Source: Candidatus Saccharimonadota bacterium (GTDB lineage: Archaea > Nanobdellota > Nanobdellia > Pacearchaeales > GW2011-AR1). From it: DNA of 32,000 nt. Positions 23,185 to 31,337 of the stretch are shown in pieces; the first letter of the stretch is position 1; the number at the start of each line of letters is the position of its first letter. The stretch lies in assembly GCA_041659445.1 (NCBI GenBank), contig JBAZYG010000002.1, positions 90,001 to 122,000 of the forward strand, given 5' to 3'. The position numbers and the translations under genes were made by a program. Under the pieces are notes generated by a model. It was given only the letters and a program-made list of their open reading frames with translations, was not told the origin of the DNA and did no database searches.

Positions 23185-24275
23185 AATGCTTCCTTATAAA
23201 TTTTAATTAATTTTTTATCTCTTTCTTTAATTGAAAATTTTCCAAATTCAATTTCTTTTAAAGAGTTTTTTGACATTCTTTCTCTAAGTTTTTTGTTTTT
23301 TATTAATATTTCAACTTTTTTTTCAATTTCATCAATTGTTTTGTTCAATGTTTTTAAATTTTCTAATTCTTTTGTATTTTTCAAATTTGGATTTTGTATA
23401 ACAAAACCTGTTTTTCCGTCTTCAATTATTTCTTTTCTAGAATGCCCGTCTACAGAAACAACAGGAATTCCAAAAGACATAGCTTCTGTTATTGGAAAAC
23501 CAAAAGTATCAGTGTAAGATGGGTAAACAAAAATATCTGTTGTAGGGTATATTTCTTCAAATAATTTTTTTTGAGGCATTACATCATAAAATGTTATTTT
23601 TTTATTTTTTGAATATTTTTCTAAAATATCTCTTGGAATATCAGAAATAAATATTCCATTAACATCTTTATATTTTTTAGTTAACCTATCTATTACTTCT
23701 AAGGCATGCAATCCTCCTTTGAAATAAAATCTTCTTGAAACAAAAAGCAAGTTTATTTTTCCTGTTTTTATTTTTTTTAGTTTTTGTGTTGGAATTCCAG
23801 GATAAATAACTTCAATTTTATTTTTTATTTCTGGAAATTCTTTGACAATACCATCATAAGACCATTTTGTCCAAGCAAGAATTTTTTTGCAATTTTCATT
23901 TTTTAAAATTTTTTTAACTAAATATTTTTTAGGATGTTTGTCAAAGTTAGCAGCAACCCAGAATTGCCCAACCCATTCAGTGTCGCAAATCCAGGGTTTT
24001 TTATTTAAACTCAAACAATGTGCACAATGAATTAAATCATATTTTTCATTTGTTCTTGTTAAATGTGCATTTGGAATTGGAAGATTAAATATTCTGAAAA
24101 ATAATCTAATTAAATTTTTTGATTTATGAAGTATTTTGAATTTGCTTTTTTTAACTACAACACCAGATTTTGAATTTTGACCAATGTATTCAATTCCTTT
24201 TGGAGGAAAATTGAGTAAATATTGATAATAAGGGGAATCTGCAAATTTCCAAGGTCTTTGAATATAAACTTTCAT
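23181..24275 (-). CDS. GT4-family (GT-B) glycosyltransferase
   Basis: 'YPSYTDTFGFPITEAMSFGIPVVSVDGHSRKEIIEDGKTGFVI' is the typical Glycos_transf_1 C-terminal domain. Confidence 0.85.
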   Translation of the reverse strand: MKVYIQRPWKFADSPYYQYLLNFPPKGIEYIGQNSKSGVVVKKSKFKILHKSKNLIRLFFRIFNLPIPNAHLTRTNEKYDLIHCAHCLSLNKKPWICDTEWVGQFWVAANFDKHPKKYLVKKILKNENCKKILAWTKWSYDGIVKEFPEIKNKIEVIYPGIPTQKLKKIKTGKINLLFVSRRFYFKGGLHALEVIDRLTKKYKDVNGIFISDIPRDILEKYSKNKKITFYDVMPQKKLFEEIYPTTDIFVYPSYTDTFGFPITEAMSFGIPVVSVDGHSRKEIIEDGKTGFVIQNPNLKNTKELENLKTLNKTIDEIEKKVEILIKNKKLRERMSKNSLKEIEFGKFSIKERDKKLIKIYKEAL

Positions 24276-24334
24276 TTTATTTTGTAATATATTTAAGAAA
24301 TGAATGTTTTTAAATTTGAATTTTTTTATTTGTA

Positions 24335-24712
24335 TTATAATTTGTTATAATCTTCAACAATTTTTCTCAATTTTGGATCTTTAACATCTGCTATTTTTTC
24401 AGAAGTAGTTACTCCCCATTCAGAAACAATAGAATCTTCTAACCCTACAAATGCATGTGCTATTTTTGGATTTATTGTTCCAGAATTTCCTTTATTAAGA
24501 ATTTTTTCTTCATATGGTCCATCAATTTGACCATAAATATATTTTATTTGACCTTTAATTACTACAAAATTTTCTGGAATAGTATGATAACATCCTCCTC
24601 TTGCTCTTCCTTTTTTTATTTCCATAAATGTGAATTCTTGCTGATTGTCAAGTAATCCTTCAACAGATTTTATATATCCTCTTTTATCTTCATGAATATC
24701 TATAATTTTCAT
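24335..24712 (-). CDS. small cupin, sugar-nucleotide keto-isomerase/epimerase-like (FdtA/WxcM/RmlC-type)
   Basis: 125 aa. 'DKRGYIKSVE' resembles the D.RG...E entry motif, and 'RARGGCYHTIPENFVVIKGQIKY' resembles the RGxHxH...G strand pattern. ATGA-coupled to the upstream aminotransferase. Confidence 0.5.
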   Translation of the reverse strand: MKIIDIHEDKRGYIKSVEGLLDNQQEFTFMEIKKGRARGGCYHTIPENFVVIKGQIKYIYGQIDGPYEEKILNKGNSGTINPKIAHAFVGLEDSIVSEWGVTTSEKIADVKDPKLRKIVEDYNKL

Positions 24713-25830
24713 TTTGTTTTGTAAAATTCTTTGATTTTATTTATTATTAAATTTATATCTTCTTCTTTAATTGCAGGTCCATTTGGCAACCATAAAAAAT
24801 TATTTGCAAAAAATGCAGAATTTGGAAATTTTTCATCATTGCCTTGATTTTGGTAAGGTGGATTTTGATGAAGTGCTGGCCAACAAATACGTGGGTAAAT
24901 TTCGTTTGAGTTTAAAAATTGAATTAAATTATTTCTACTTTCTGCAAAAACATCTATCCAAAGTGGAACTTCTCCTTTTTCTATTCTAACTTCTGGAAAT
25001 TTTATTTTTCCTTTTTTTATCAATGAATCTAATCCTTGAATATATTGAATAAGTTGTGAAGTCAACATTTCTTTTCTTTTTTCTAATTTATTTAATTGAC
25101 TTAATGTCAAGGCTGCTTGTAAATCATTGAATTTAAAATTATATCCTATTTCTGAATGTAAAAATTCTTTATTATTATTTCTTCCAAAATCCCTTAATCT
25201 TCTCATTATTCCATAGGATTCTTCATTTGATGTAACAATTATTCCTCCTTGGCCACAAGTGATTATTTTATTTGCTTGTAAAGAATAGCATCCAATGTCA
25301 CCAAATGTTCCTAAATCTTTTTTTAAATCATGTTTTGAACCAAGTGCATTAGCAGCGTCCTCCACAATAAATAAATTTTTTTCCTTGCAAAAATTCAAAA
25401 GTTCTTTACTAATTGCAGACCTTCCCAATGTATGAACTGGAACTATTCCAATAGTATATTTTGTAACTTTTTTTTCTAAATTTTCTAAATTCATAGTCAT
25501 TCTAAAATCATCAATTTCGACATCAGAAAGTATAGGTGTTCCTCCTGCAGCTTCAACAGCATTTGCTGTTGCAATCATAGTCATGTCTGGAACAATTACT
25601 TCAAAATATCCCTTTTTTCTTTTCATAGCTTCTGCTTTTATTCCGAGAAATAAAGCACTTGTTCCATTTGTAGTTAATAATACATAAGGTACATTGAGGA
25701 GTTCTTTTATTTTTTCTTCTAATTCTTTTGTTTTTGGCCCTTCATTAATATATCCTCTTCGTAAAACATCTATTATGGCTTTTTCATCATCTTTATCAAA
25801 ATTTGGTTCATACCAATTTATTCTTTTCAT
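24709..25830 (-). CDS. DegT-family sugar aminotransferase (GDP-perosamine synthase-like by context)
   Basis: 'YINEGPKTKELEEKIKELLNVPYVLLTTNGTSALFL' and 'SLQANKIITCGQGGIIVT' (PLP-Lys). ATGA overlap with gmd upstream. Confidence 0.8.
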   Translation of the reverse strand: MKRINWYEPNFDKDDEKAIIDVLRRGYINEGPKTKELEEKIKELLNVPYVLLTTNGTSALFLGIKAEAMKRKKGYFEVIVPDMTMIATANAVEAAGGTPILSDVEIDDFRMTMNLENLEKKVTKYTIGIVPVHTLGRSAISKELLNFCKEKNLFIVEDAANALGSKHDLKKDLGTFGDIGCYSLQANKIITCGQGGIIVTSNEESYGIMRRLRDFGRNNNKEFLHSEIGYNFKFNDLQAALTLSQLNKLEKRKEMLTSQLIQYIQGLDSLIKKGKIKFPEVRIEKGEVPLWIDVFAESRNNLIQFLNSNEIYPRICWPALHQNPPYQNQGNDEKFPNSAFFANNFLWLPNGPAIKEEDINLIINKIKEFYKTK

Positions 25831-26954
25831 ATTTTTCTTTCCAAGTTTTTTTTATAAACATTTTTCGCTTTCTCAATATAAAAATCATCTTCTTCATTTG
25901 TTTGCGTTAAAGAGAGGTATCCTTTTTCTTGCATTTTATCTTTTAATTCAGATGCAATCATCATTTTAACTAAATCCTTAAATTTAGTTTTTGCTTCCCA
26001 ACCTAAAGTTTCTTTAGCTTTCGATGGGTCTCCTAAAAGAGCAGGAACTTCAGCAGGTCTTTTATAATGGTCACTTGTTTTAACAAAATCTTTCCAATTT
26101 AAATCAAGCAAACTAAATGACTCATTTAAGAATTCTTTAATTGTATGTGTTTCTTGTGTTGCAATAACAATGTCTATAGGTTTATCTTGTTGCAAAATTT
26201 TCCATATTGCTTCGACATATTCTTTTGAAAAACCCCAATCTCTTTGTGCTTCAAGATTTCCCAAAGTAATAGATTTACTATCTCCAATTATAATATCTGC
26301 AACTCCCATTGCAATTTTTTTAGTAACAAAATTATATCCTCTTCGAGGAGATTCATGATTAAATAAAATTCCATTTGAAGCAAACATTCCATAAGAGTTT
26401 CTATACACTCTTGTAATATTGTATGCTGCTAATTTTGCAGTGCCATATGGGCTTTGAGGTAACATTGGTGTATCTTCATTTTGTGGAGGTGGAGAAATTC
26501 CAAACATTTCACTTGAACTTGCTTGATAATATTTGCAATTTAATTTCATATCTCTTAATGCTTCTAAAATTCTTAATGGTCCTAATGCATTAATATTAAA
26601 TGTTAATTCAGGATTTTGAAAACTTATACCTACGTGACTTTGTGCTCCAAGATTGTAAACTTCATCGGGTTTAACTTCTTCTATAATTCTTCTAATACTA
26701 GTAGCATCAGTTAAATCCCCATATTGCAAATAAAACGGAGATAAAGGTGTTTTTCCATAGATATCGTCATAGACATCCAAGTGTCTTATTCTTTGTGTAT
26801 TTGAAAAACTGGATCTTCTTATCATCCCACGAACTTTATATCCTTTTTCTAAAAGCAATTCAGCTAAATAACTTCCATCTTGACCAGTAATTCCAGTTAT
26901 TAATGCAGTTTTTCCATTCCAATTAAATTCCTCTTTAGAACTTTCATTAGTCAT
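25827..26954 (-). CDS. gmd: GDP-mannose 4,6-dehydratase
   Basis: 'KTALITGITGQDGSYLAELLLEKGYKVRGMIRRSS', 'ASSSEMFG' and 'YGTAKLAAYNITRVYRNSYGMFASNGILFNHESPRRG' are near-textbook Gmd signatures. Confidence 0.95.
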   Translation of the reverse strand: MTNESSKEEFNWNGKTALITGITGQDGSYLAELLLEKGYKVRGMIRRSSFSNTQRIRHLDVYDDIYGKTPLSPFYLQYGDLTDATSIRRIIEEVKPDEVYNLGAQSHVGISFQNPELTFNINALGPLRILEALRDMKLNCKYYQASSSEMFGISPPPQNEDTPMLPQSPYGTAKLAAYNITRVYRNSYGMFASNGILFNHESPRRGYNFVTKKIAMGVADIIIGDSKSITLGNLEAQRDWGFSKEYVEAIWKILQQDKPIDIVIATQETHTIKEFLNESFSLLDLNWKDFVKTSDHYKRPAEVPALLGDPSKAKETLGWEAKTKFKDLVKMMIASELKDKMQEKGYLSLTQTNEEDDFYIEKAKNVYKKNLERKI

Positions 26955-26974
26955 TTTCTTGTTAAATTTTGTTC

Positions 26975-26987
26975 TTTTAAAAAGATT
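26975..26987 (-). promoter_or_regulatory. putative BRE/TATA box for the gmd operon
   Basis: Minus strand AATCTTTTTAAAA, centred about 25 nt upstream of the ATG at 26954. Confidence 0.5.
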
Positions 26988-27002
26988 GTTGTGATGAAAA
27001 AA

Positions 27003-27530
27003 CTATTTCAATACTTCTAATTCAAACTCTATTTCAGAAGAGGGAAATATCCATGCAAGAAATCTGCAATAAAATTCATGATTCAAATTTATTAACGGGT
27101 TAAAAATTTTGTTCAAAATTTTTGCTCTTCCTATTGCAAAATTTATTTTCACTTTTTTTACATTAAACATGTCTTCTTTGCATCCAACTTCGTGAGAATA
27201 ATTATTTCTTTTAAAATAGTTAAAAGTAAATGGGCTAAAAAATCTTACATGTGTTGGGTCATTGTATTGACCCCATGCAGAATAAAATGGAGTTTTTATT
27301 TTAATTAATGTTCCTTTTTTTGAAATTCTTCTTAAATCGTGCATAAGGGGAATAAAATTTTGTATGTGTTCAAAAACATGTTCTGCAATTATTTCATCAA
27401 CAGAATTTTCTTTAAATGGAAGAGGGGTTTTTTCCAAATTCCATACTTTATCAGGATTTACATCTTTTGAAGAATCAATATTTAGATATCCTTTTTTCTT
27501 GTCAAGTCCACAACCAAGATTTAATTTCAT
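27003..27530 (-). CDS. class I SAM-dependent methyltransferase (Methyltransf_11-like)
   Basis: 'MKLNLGCG' (motif I at the N-terminus) and 'VDEIIAEHVFEHI'. The ATG at 27530 is preferred: it lies 1 nt after the aglB stop (27532-27534), whereas the track start 27560 would overlap aglB by 29 nt. Confidence 0.7.
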   Translation of the reverse strand: MKLNLGCGLDKKKGYLNIDSSKDVNPDKVWNLEKTPLPFKENSVDEIIAEHVFEHIQNFIPLMHDLRRISKKGTLIKIKTPFYSAWGQYNDPTHVRFFSPFTFNYFKRNNYSHEVGCKEDMFNVKKVKINFAIGRAKILNKIFNPLINLNHEFYCRFLAWIFPSSEIEFELEVLK

Positions 27531-27531
27531 T

Positions 27532-30258
27532 TTATTCGAATTTATAATCCATTCCTCCAAATGTAAAATTACTTTCTAAAAATTCAGAATATTCTGTCGT
27601 ATTTTCAGGATAATTTATTTTCCAAATTTTTAAAGGTCCTCTTAATCCTTGATAATACATAAATTCTTCATCTGTTTGATAAATTGATTTGATATAACTT
27701 ACAAATGTATCATCTTCTTTGTGAGTGAGAGTAATTCCAGAAAATTTATTCTTTGGGTCATTTAAAATATAAACTTGTCCAAGTAAACTTCTTGAAACTC
27801 TAGGAGATAAATACATTAATGCCCCTGTTGAATCATAAGAAAGTCCTTGATTTGATTCAGTTAATTGAGGAATTATATAAACTGTTGAATTTAATCCTTC
27901 ATTATAGATTATTAATTTGTTATTAAAATAAATATTTTTAATTGGAATGTAATACTGATTTCCTTTATAATAAAAGACACCTATTGGTTGATTAAAACTA
28001 ATCAAATCTTCTTCTTGAGAAATTTCGATCATTATTCCAATTAAATAAGATGAACAAGAAATTCTTTGTTGTTTTGAAACAGATAATCCTGGTAAAAATA
28101 CTTTTGTTTGATTTTTTTCGTAATATATATCTTCATCAACACAAGAATTCATATTATAAATTCTAACTATTCCTGTTGATGTTTCTTGAATATCTTTCTT
28201 TGAACTAATTCCGGCATCAACTCCTGTAGAAAGTCTATCCCAATTATTGTTACTTCCTATTTTTGAGAAAGCACCATATTTTGACATTTCTGTAGGGTCA
28301 ATTAATAAATATGAAACATTCCATGTTTTCATGAAGCTGTATGCTGTCTCAGGATTGTCTGTTGTTAGAATATATCTTCCAATATAATGATCTGTATTAT
28401 CTCCTCCAGAATGTCCACCGTCGGTAACAGTTGGTCTTTTTGCCATAGACTGTATGAAATAACCATAATCCCACCAATGAACAAAAATTGAATTTTCAGA
28501 AGTATTTTCTCTAACCCATTTCATTGCATTTTGCCACTGATAATTTGCAGAAGGACCCAGATATTTTCCTTGTTCTTTTGAAATTTGATAAATTCCTTGA
28601 TTATTATTTAATGGGTTCCAAAAAATAAATAAAATTAAAATTATTATTAATATGCAGGATAGAATTATAAAAAAATATTTCCAATTTTTATCTTTGCTGA
28701 TTTTCGAATTTTTAATTAATTCAGAGATAGAATATCCTGAGAAAAGTAACATAAATGGAATAACTAAAAAGAAACTTCTAGTTGCAGCTCTTGCGTTTAT
28801 CGCAACTGCTAATGCTAATGAAAACATAATTAAATATTCTGGTTTTATATTGAATTTTTCTTTAGAATAAACATAAAAAAACCCAATCAAAAATATAATA
28901 CATCCTATAAGATAGAATGCTTGACTAATGAAATTTTCTCCATTTAAAATTTTTGAATCAGACACTCTAGAGAATAATATCGCAACATAAATTAAAATTA
29001 AACTAGCTGAAAGAATTATTTTATTTTTTTTGTTTGTGATATCTTTTGAAAAATTAATTGCTAAAAATATTAAGCCTAATATAAACATCCAGAAAAGAGG
29101 TCTTCCAATGTTTGAAATCAAATCCTTTAAATATGGCTGAGAGTTCTCAGCAACAGTTGAGCTTAATCTTCCTGAAAAATCTTTAAAGAAAGGATATATT
29201 AATGTTGCCCAAGCTTTTTCTAGAAGATTTAATGGATTGATTTTTAAAATGGCTAAGAAAATTATTCCAATAATCATCGTAGATATAATGGAAATCAATA
29301 ATCTTTTTTTCTCATTTTCTTTTATTTTCTTTAAAACTTTTTTTGAAATAAAATCTAAAATTAGAAAAATTAAAACAAATGAAACTAAAATTCCTTGTGT
29401 TTCAGTAAATCTTGCCATTAATTGTTTGAGAGTATATTCTCCAATCAAAGAAATTATAGAAAAAATTACTATCCAAATTAAATAAAAAATGAAAAATTTA
29501 TCTTGATTTTTTGGGTTTAATAAATAATAGAAGAAACAAGTAATAGGGATTATAATAAACAAGAAAGTTATTCCTCCTGCCCAGCTGAATAAAACAAAAC
29601 TTAATAATGCTCCAGTAATAATTCCCCAGATGATTGTTTGTTTCCAATTTTTTTCATAATTTTTTAATGATAAAATAAAAACAATTAAAAATAAGATTAT
29701 TGCTAAAACTCCTAAATGGTCATGGTCATAAAATCCTCTAGAGCTTCTAAATAAAAAAGAAGGAGTAATTGCCAAAGCTGTAGAAGCAATTAAACCTGCT
29801 AATTTAGATTTAGTTAATATAAAGCATAAAATAAAAAAAGCAATTATAATTAATGCAAAAATAAAAACTGCAGAAATTGTAGCAACATAATTAAATGTGA
29901 TATCTGGAGAAAATATTTTCATAATTTTATATTGTCCAATTAAGATATTTGGAAGAATTTCGTTTAACCAAGTTATGTTGTAACTCGGAGACCTAAGTTC
30001 ATCTATTTGAGGTAATGTTCCTTCGTTTAATTTGGTTTCTGCAATTCTGTAAAAATACATTGAATCAAGGTCTGTTGATAAATATTCCCCTGTAGTTTGG
30101 TCTTTAAGGATAGGTAAGTTTTGCAATCTTAAAAAACATCCCAGGAATAAAATTAACAATAAAAAGATTACTGTAATTATTATTTGAACTTTTTTTTGTG
30201 AGAAAAAATTTATAACTTTTTCTGAATTTTCTTTCACTCTCTTCCAATTTTCACTCAT
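27532..30258 (-). CDS. aglB: archaeal oligosaccharyltransferase AglB (STT3 family)
   Basis: 908 aa with an N-terminal region of about 13 TM helices and a C-terminal soluble domain. It has the catalytic 'WWDYGY' motif ('VHWWDYGYFIQ') and acidic loop motifs such as 'GFYDHDH'. Confidence 0.9.
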   Translation of the reverse strand: MSENWKRVKENSEKVINFFSQKKVQIIITVIFLLLILFLGCFLRLQNLPILKDQTTGEYLSTDLDSMYFYRIAETKLNEGTLPQIDELRSPSYNITWLNEILPNILIGQYKIMKIFSPDITFNYVATISAVFIFALIIIAFFILCFILTKSKLAGLIASTALAITPSFLFRSSRGFYDHDHLGVLAIILFLIVFILSLKNYEKNWKQTIIWGIITGALLSFVLFSWAGGITFLFIIIPITCFFYYLLNPKNQDKFFIFYLIWIVIFSIISLIGEYTLKQLMARFTETQGILVSFVLIFLILDFISKKVLKKIKENEKKRLLISIISTMIIGIIFLAILKINPLNLLEKAWATLIYPFFKDFSGRLSSTVAENSQPYLKDLISNIGRPLFWMFILGLIFLAINFSKDITNKKNKIILSASLILIYVAILFSRVSDSKILNGENFISQAFYLIGCIIFLIGFFYVYSKEKFNIKPEYLIMFSLALAVAINARAATRSFFLVIPFMLLFSGYSISELIKNSKISKDKNWKYFFIILSCILIIILILFIFWNPLNNNQGIYQISKEQGKYLGPSANYQWQNAMKWVRENTSENSIFVHWWDYGYFIQSMAKRPTVTDGGHSGGDNTDHYIGRYILTTDNPETAYSFMKTWNVSYLLIDPTEMSKYGAFSKIGSNNNWDRLSTGVDAGISSKKDIQETSTGIVRIYNMNSCVDEDIYYEKNQTKVFLPGLSVSKQQRISCSSYLIGIMIEISQEEDLISFNQPIGVFYYKGNQYYIPIKNIYFNNKLIIYNEGLNSTVYIIPQLTESNQGLSYDSTGALMYLSPRVSRSLLGQVYILNDPKNKFSGITLTHKEDDTFVSYIKSIYQTDEEFMYYQGLRGPLKIWKINYPENTTEYSEFLESNFTFGGMDYKFE

Positions 30259-30276
30259 CTTTTTATCAAGAAAATT

Positions 30277-30289
30277 GATTTTAAAAACT
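30277..30289 (-). promoter_or_regulatory. putative TATA box for aglB-methyltransferase
   Basis: Minus strand agTTTTTAAAAtc, centred about 25 nt upstream of the ATG at 30258. Confidence 0.45.
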
Positions 30290-30295
30290 TGTTTA

Positions 30296-31297
30296 TTAGA
30301 AGAAAATTATAAATCCGATGCCAATGACAATTATTTGGAAGGCGTTTATTAATAGAGGGACTTCCCATTCATATGCTTTTTTGCTTGGTTTTATTTTCTT
30401 TAAAATTCTTATTGCAATGTGTTCTAATCCATAATTTTTTTCATAAGGGGGGTTTAAACTTCCGTCGGGATTCAATTTACCAAAAGATTCTTTTTTAAGT
30501 CTTCCTCTAATTTTTAAAATTGTTTCTAAAATATAGGGTATAAAAAAGAATATTGCAATTAATTCAACTTTTCCTAAAATTGCAATACAGGCAATCATAG
30601 CTCCAACAGAATATGTCAAAATATCTCCTGGAAAAACTTTTGCAGGATATTTATTAAATAAATAAAATGCGATTAATGAAACAACCATACACATTGAAAT
30701 AACACTTAGCCAAGGATTTCCTGTTAAAAATGTGACAATTGCGAGTGAGCCTAAGATTAAAATTCCTTGACTTGCTTCTAAGCCATTATACCCTGCTAAA
30801 AAATTAAAAGTTGATGTTGCTCCGACGATTCCGATTGGAACAATTAAAAGTGGAAATAATATTCCAAGGTTAATTCCAAAAATATGCGTGTCTCCTGCAT
30901 TAAGAACCATTAATGGAATTGCAGAAAAAATTAAAAGAATAATTCTTGTTCTATTACTTAATCCTCTTTTCCAACCAAGTAAATCATCAACAATACCGAC
31001 GATTGATGCAAAAAATAAAACTCCCAGTAAAGCAAAAATTTCAGAAGTGTGTGTATTTTCTTTAAATAAAAATGTTTTCAGTGCAATATATAATAAAGCA
31101 CCGAGAGTAACACCCACAAGAACAGCCATTCCACCGCCTTCTGCAACTTTTTTATTTCCTATTTTGTGAATATCTTTTCCTGTTAATCCTTCGGCATGCG
31201 CTCTTTTAATCCAAACAGGCAATGCTATGAATGTTATTAAAAAAGAAATCATTAATATAGGAAAAAATAAAACTCCCAAAAAAAATAAATTATCCAT
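30296..31297 (-). CDS. polyprenyl-phosphate HexNAc-1-phosphate transferase (MraY/WecA/ALG7 family; AglH-like)
   Basis: 10-11 TM helices. 'IVDDLLGW' is the Mg-binding DD. 'FNFLAGYNGLEASQG' resembles NxxNxxDGxDGL. 'VFPGDILTYSVGAMIA' is also present. Confidence 0.85.
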   Translation of the reverse strand: MDNLFFLGVLFFPILMISFLITFIALPVWIKRAHAEGLTGKDIHKIGNKKVAEGGGMAVLVGVTLGALLYIALKTFLFKENTHTSEIFALLGVLFFASIVGIVDDLLGWKRGLSNRTRIILLIFSAIPLMVLNAGDTHIFGINLGILFPLLIVPIGIVGATSTFNFLAGYNGLEASQGILILGSLAIVTFLTGNPWLSVISMCMVVSLIAFYLFNKYPAKVFPGDILTYSVGAMIACIAILGKVELIAIFFFIPYILETILKIRGRLKKESFGKLNPDGSLNPPYEKNYGLEHIAIRILKKIKPSKKAYEWEVPLLINAFQIIVIGIGFIIFF

Positions 31298-31317
31298 TTA
31301 AAACTTAAAATAATGCA

Positions 31318-31329
31318 GTTTTTAAATTT
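31318..31329 (-). promoter_or_regulatory. putative TATA box for the GlcNAc-1-P transferase gene
   Basis: Minus strand aaATTTAAAAAc, centred about 26 nt upstream of the ATG at 31297. Confidence 0.45.
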
Positions 31330-31337
31330 AATTGGTT

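Noticed and set aside
5859-30000. Numerous 60-146-aa antisense or overlapping ORFs in the track (for example 5859-6092, 5989-6321, 7135-7341, 12415-12678, 13863-14102, 14803-15243, 17315-17509, 17564-17794, 18978-19352, 21099-21353, 23293-23517, 24455-24655, 24771-24989, 25694-25969, 26170-26358, 27364-27579, 28652-28870, 29237-29485; also 2306-2491 and 30888-31169)
   Set aside because: Each lies inside, and antisense to or out of frame with, a longer ORF that has clear family motifs. Their compositions are Phe/Leu/Ile/Lys-biased, as expected from reading AT-rich coding DNA in the wrong frame.
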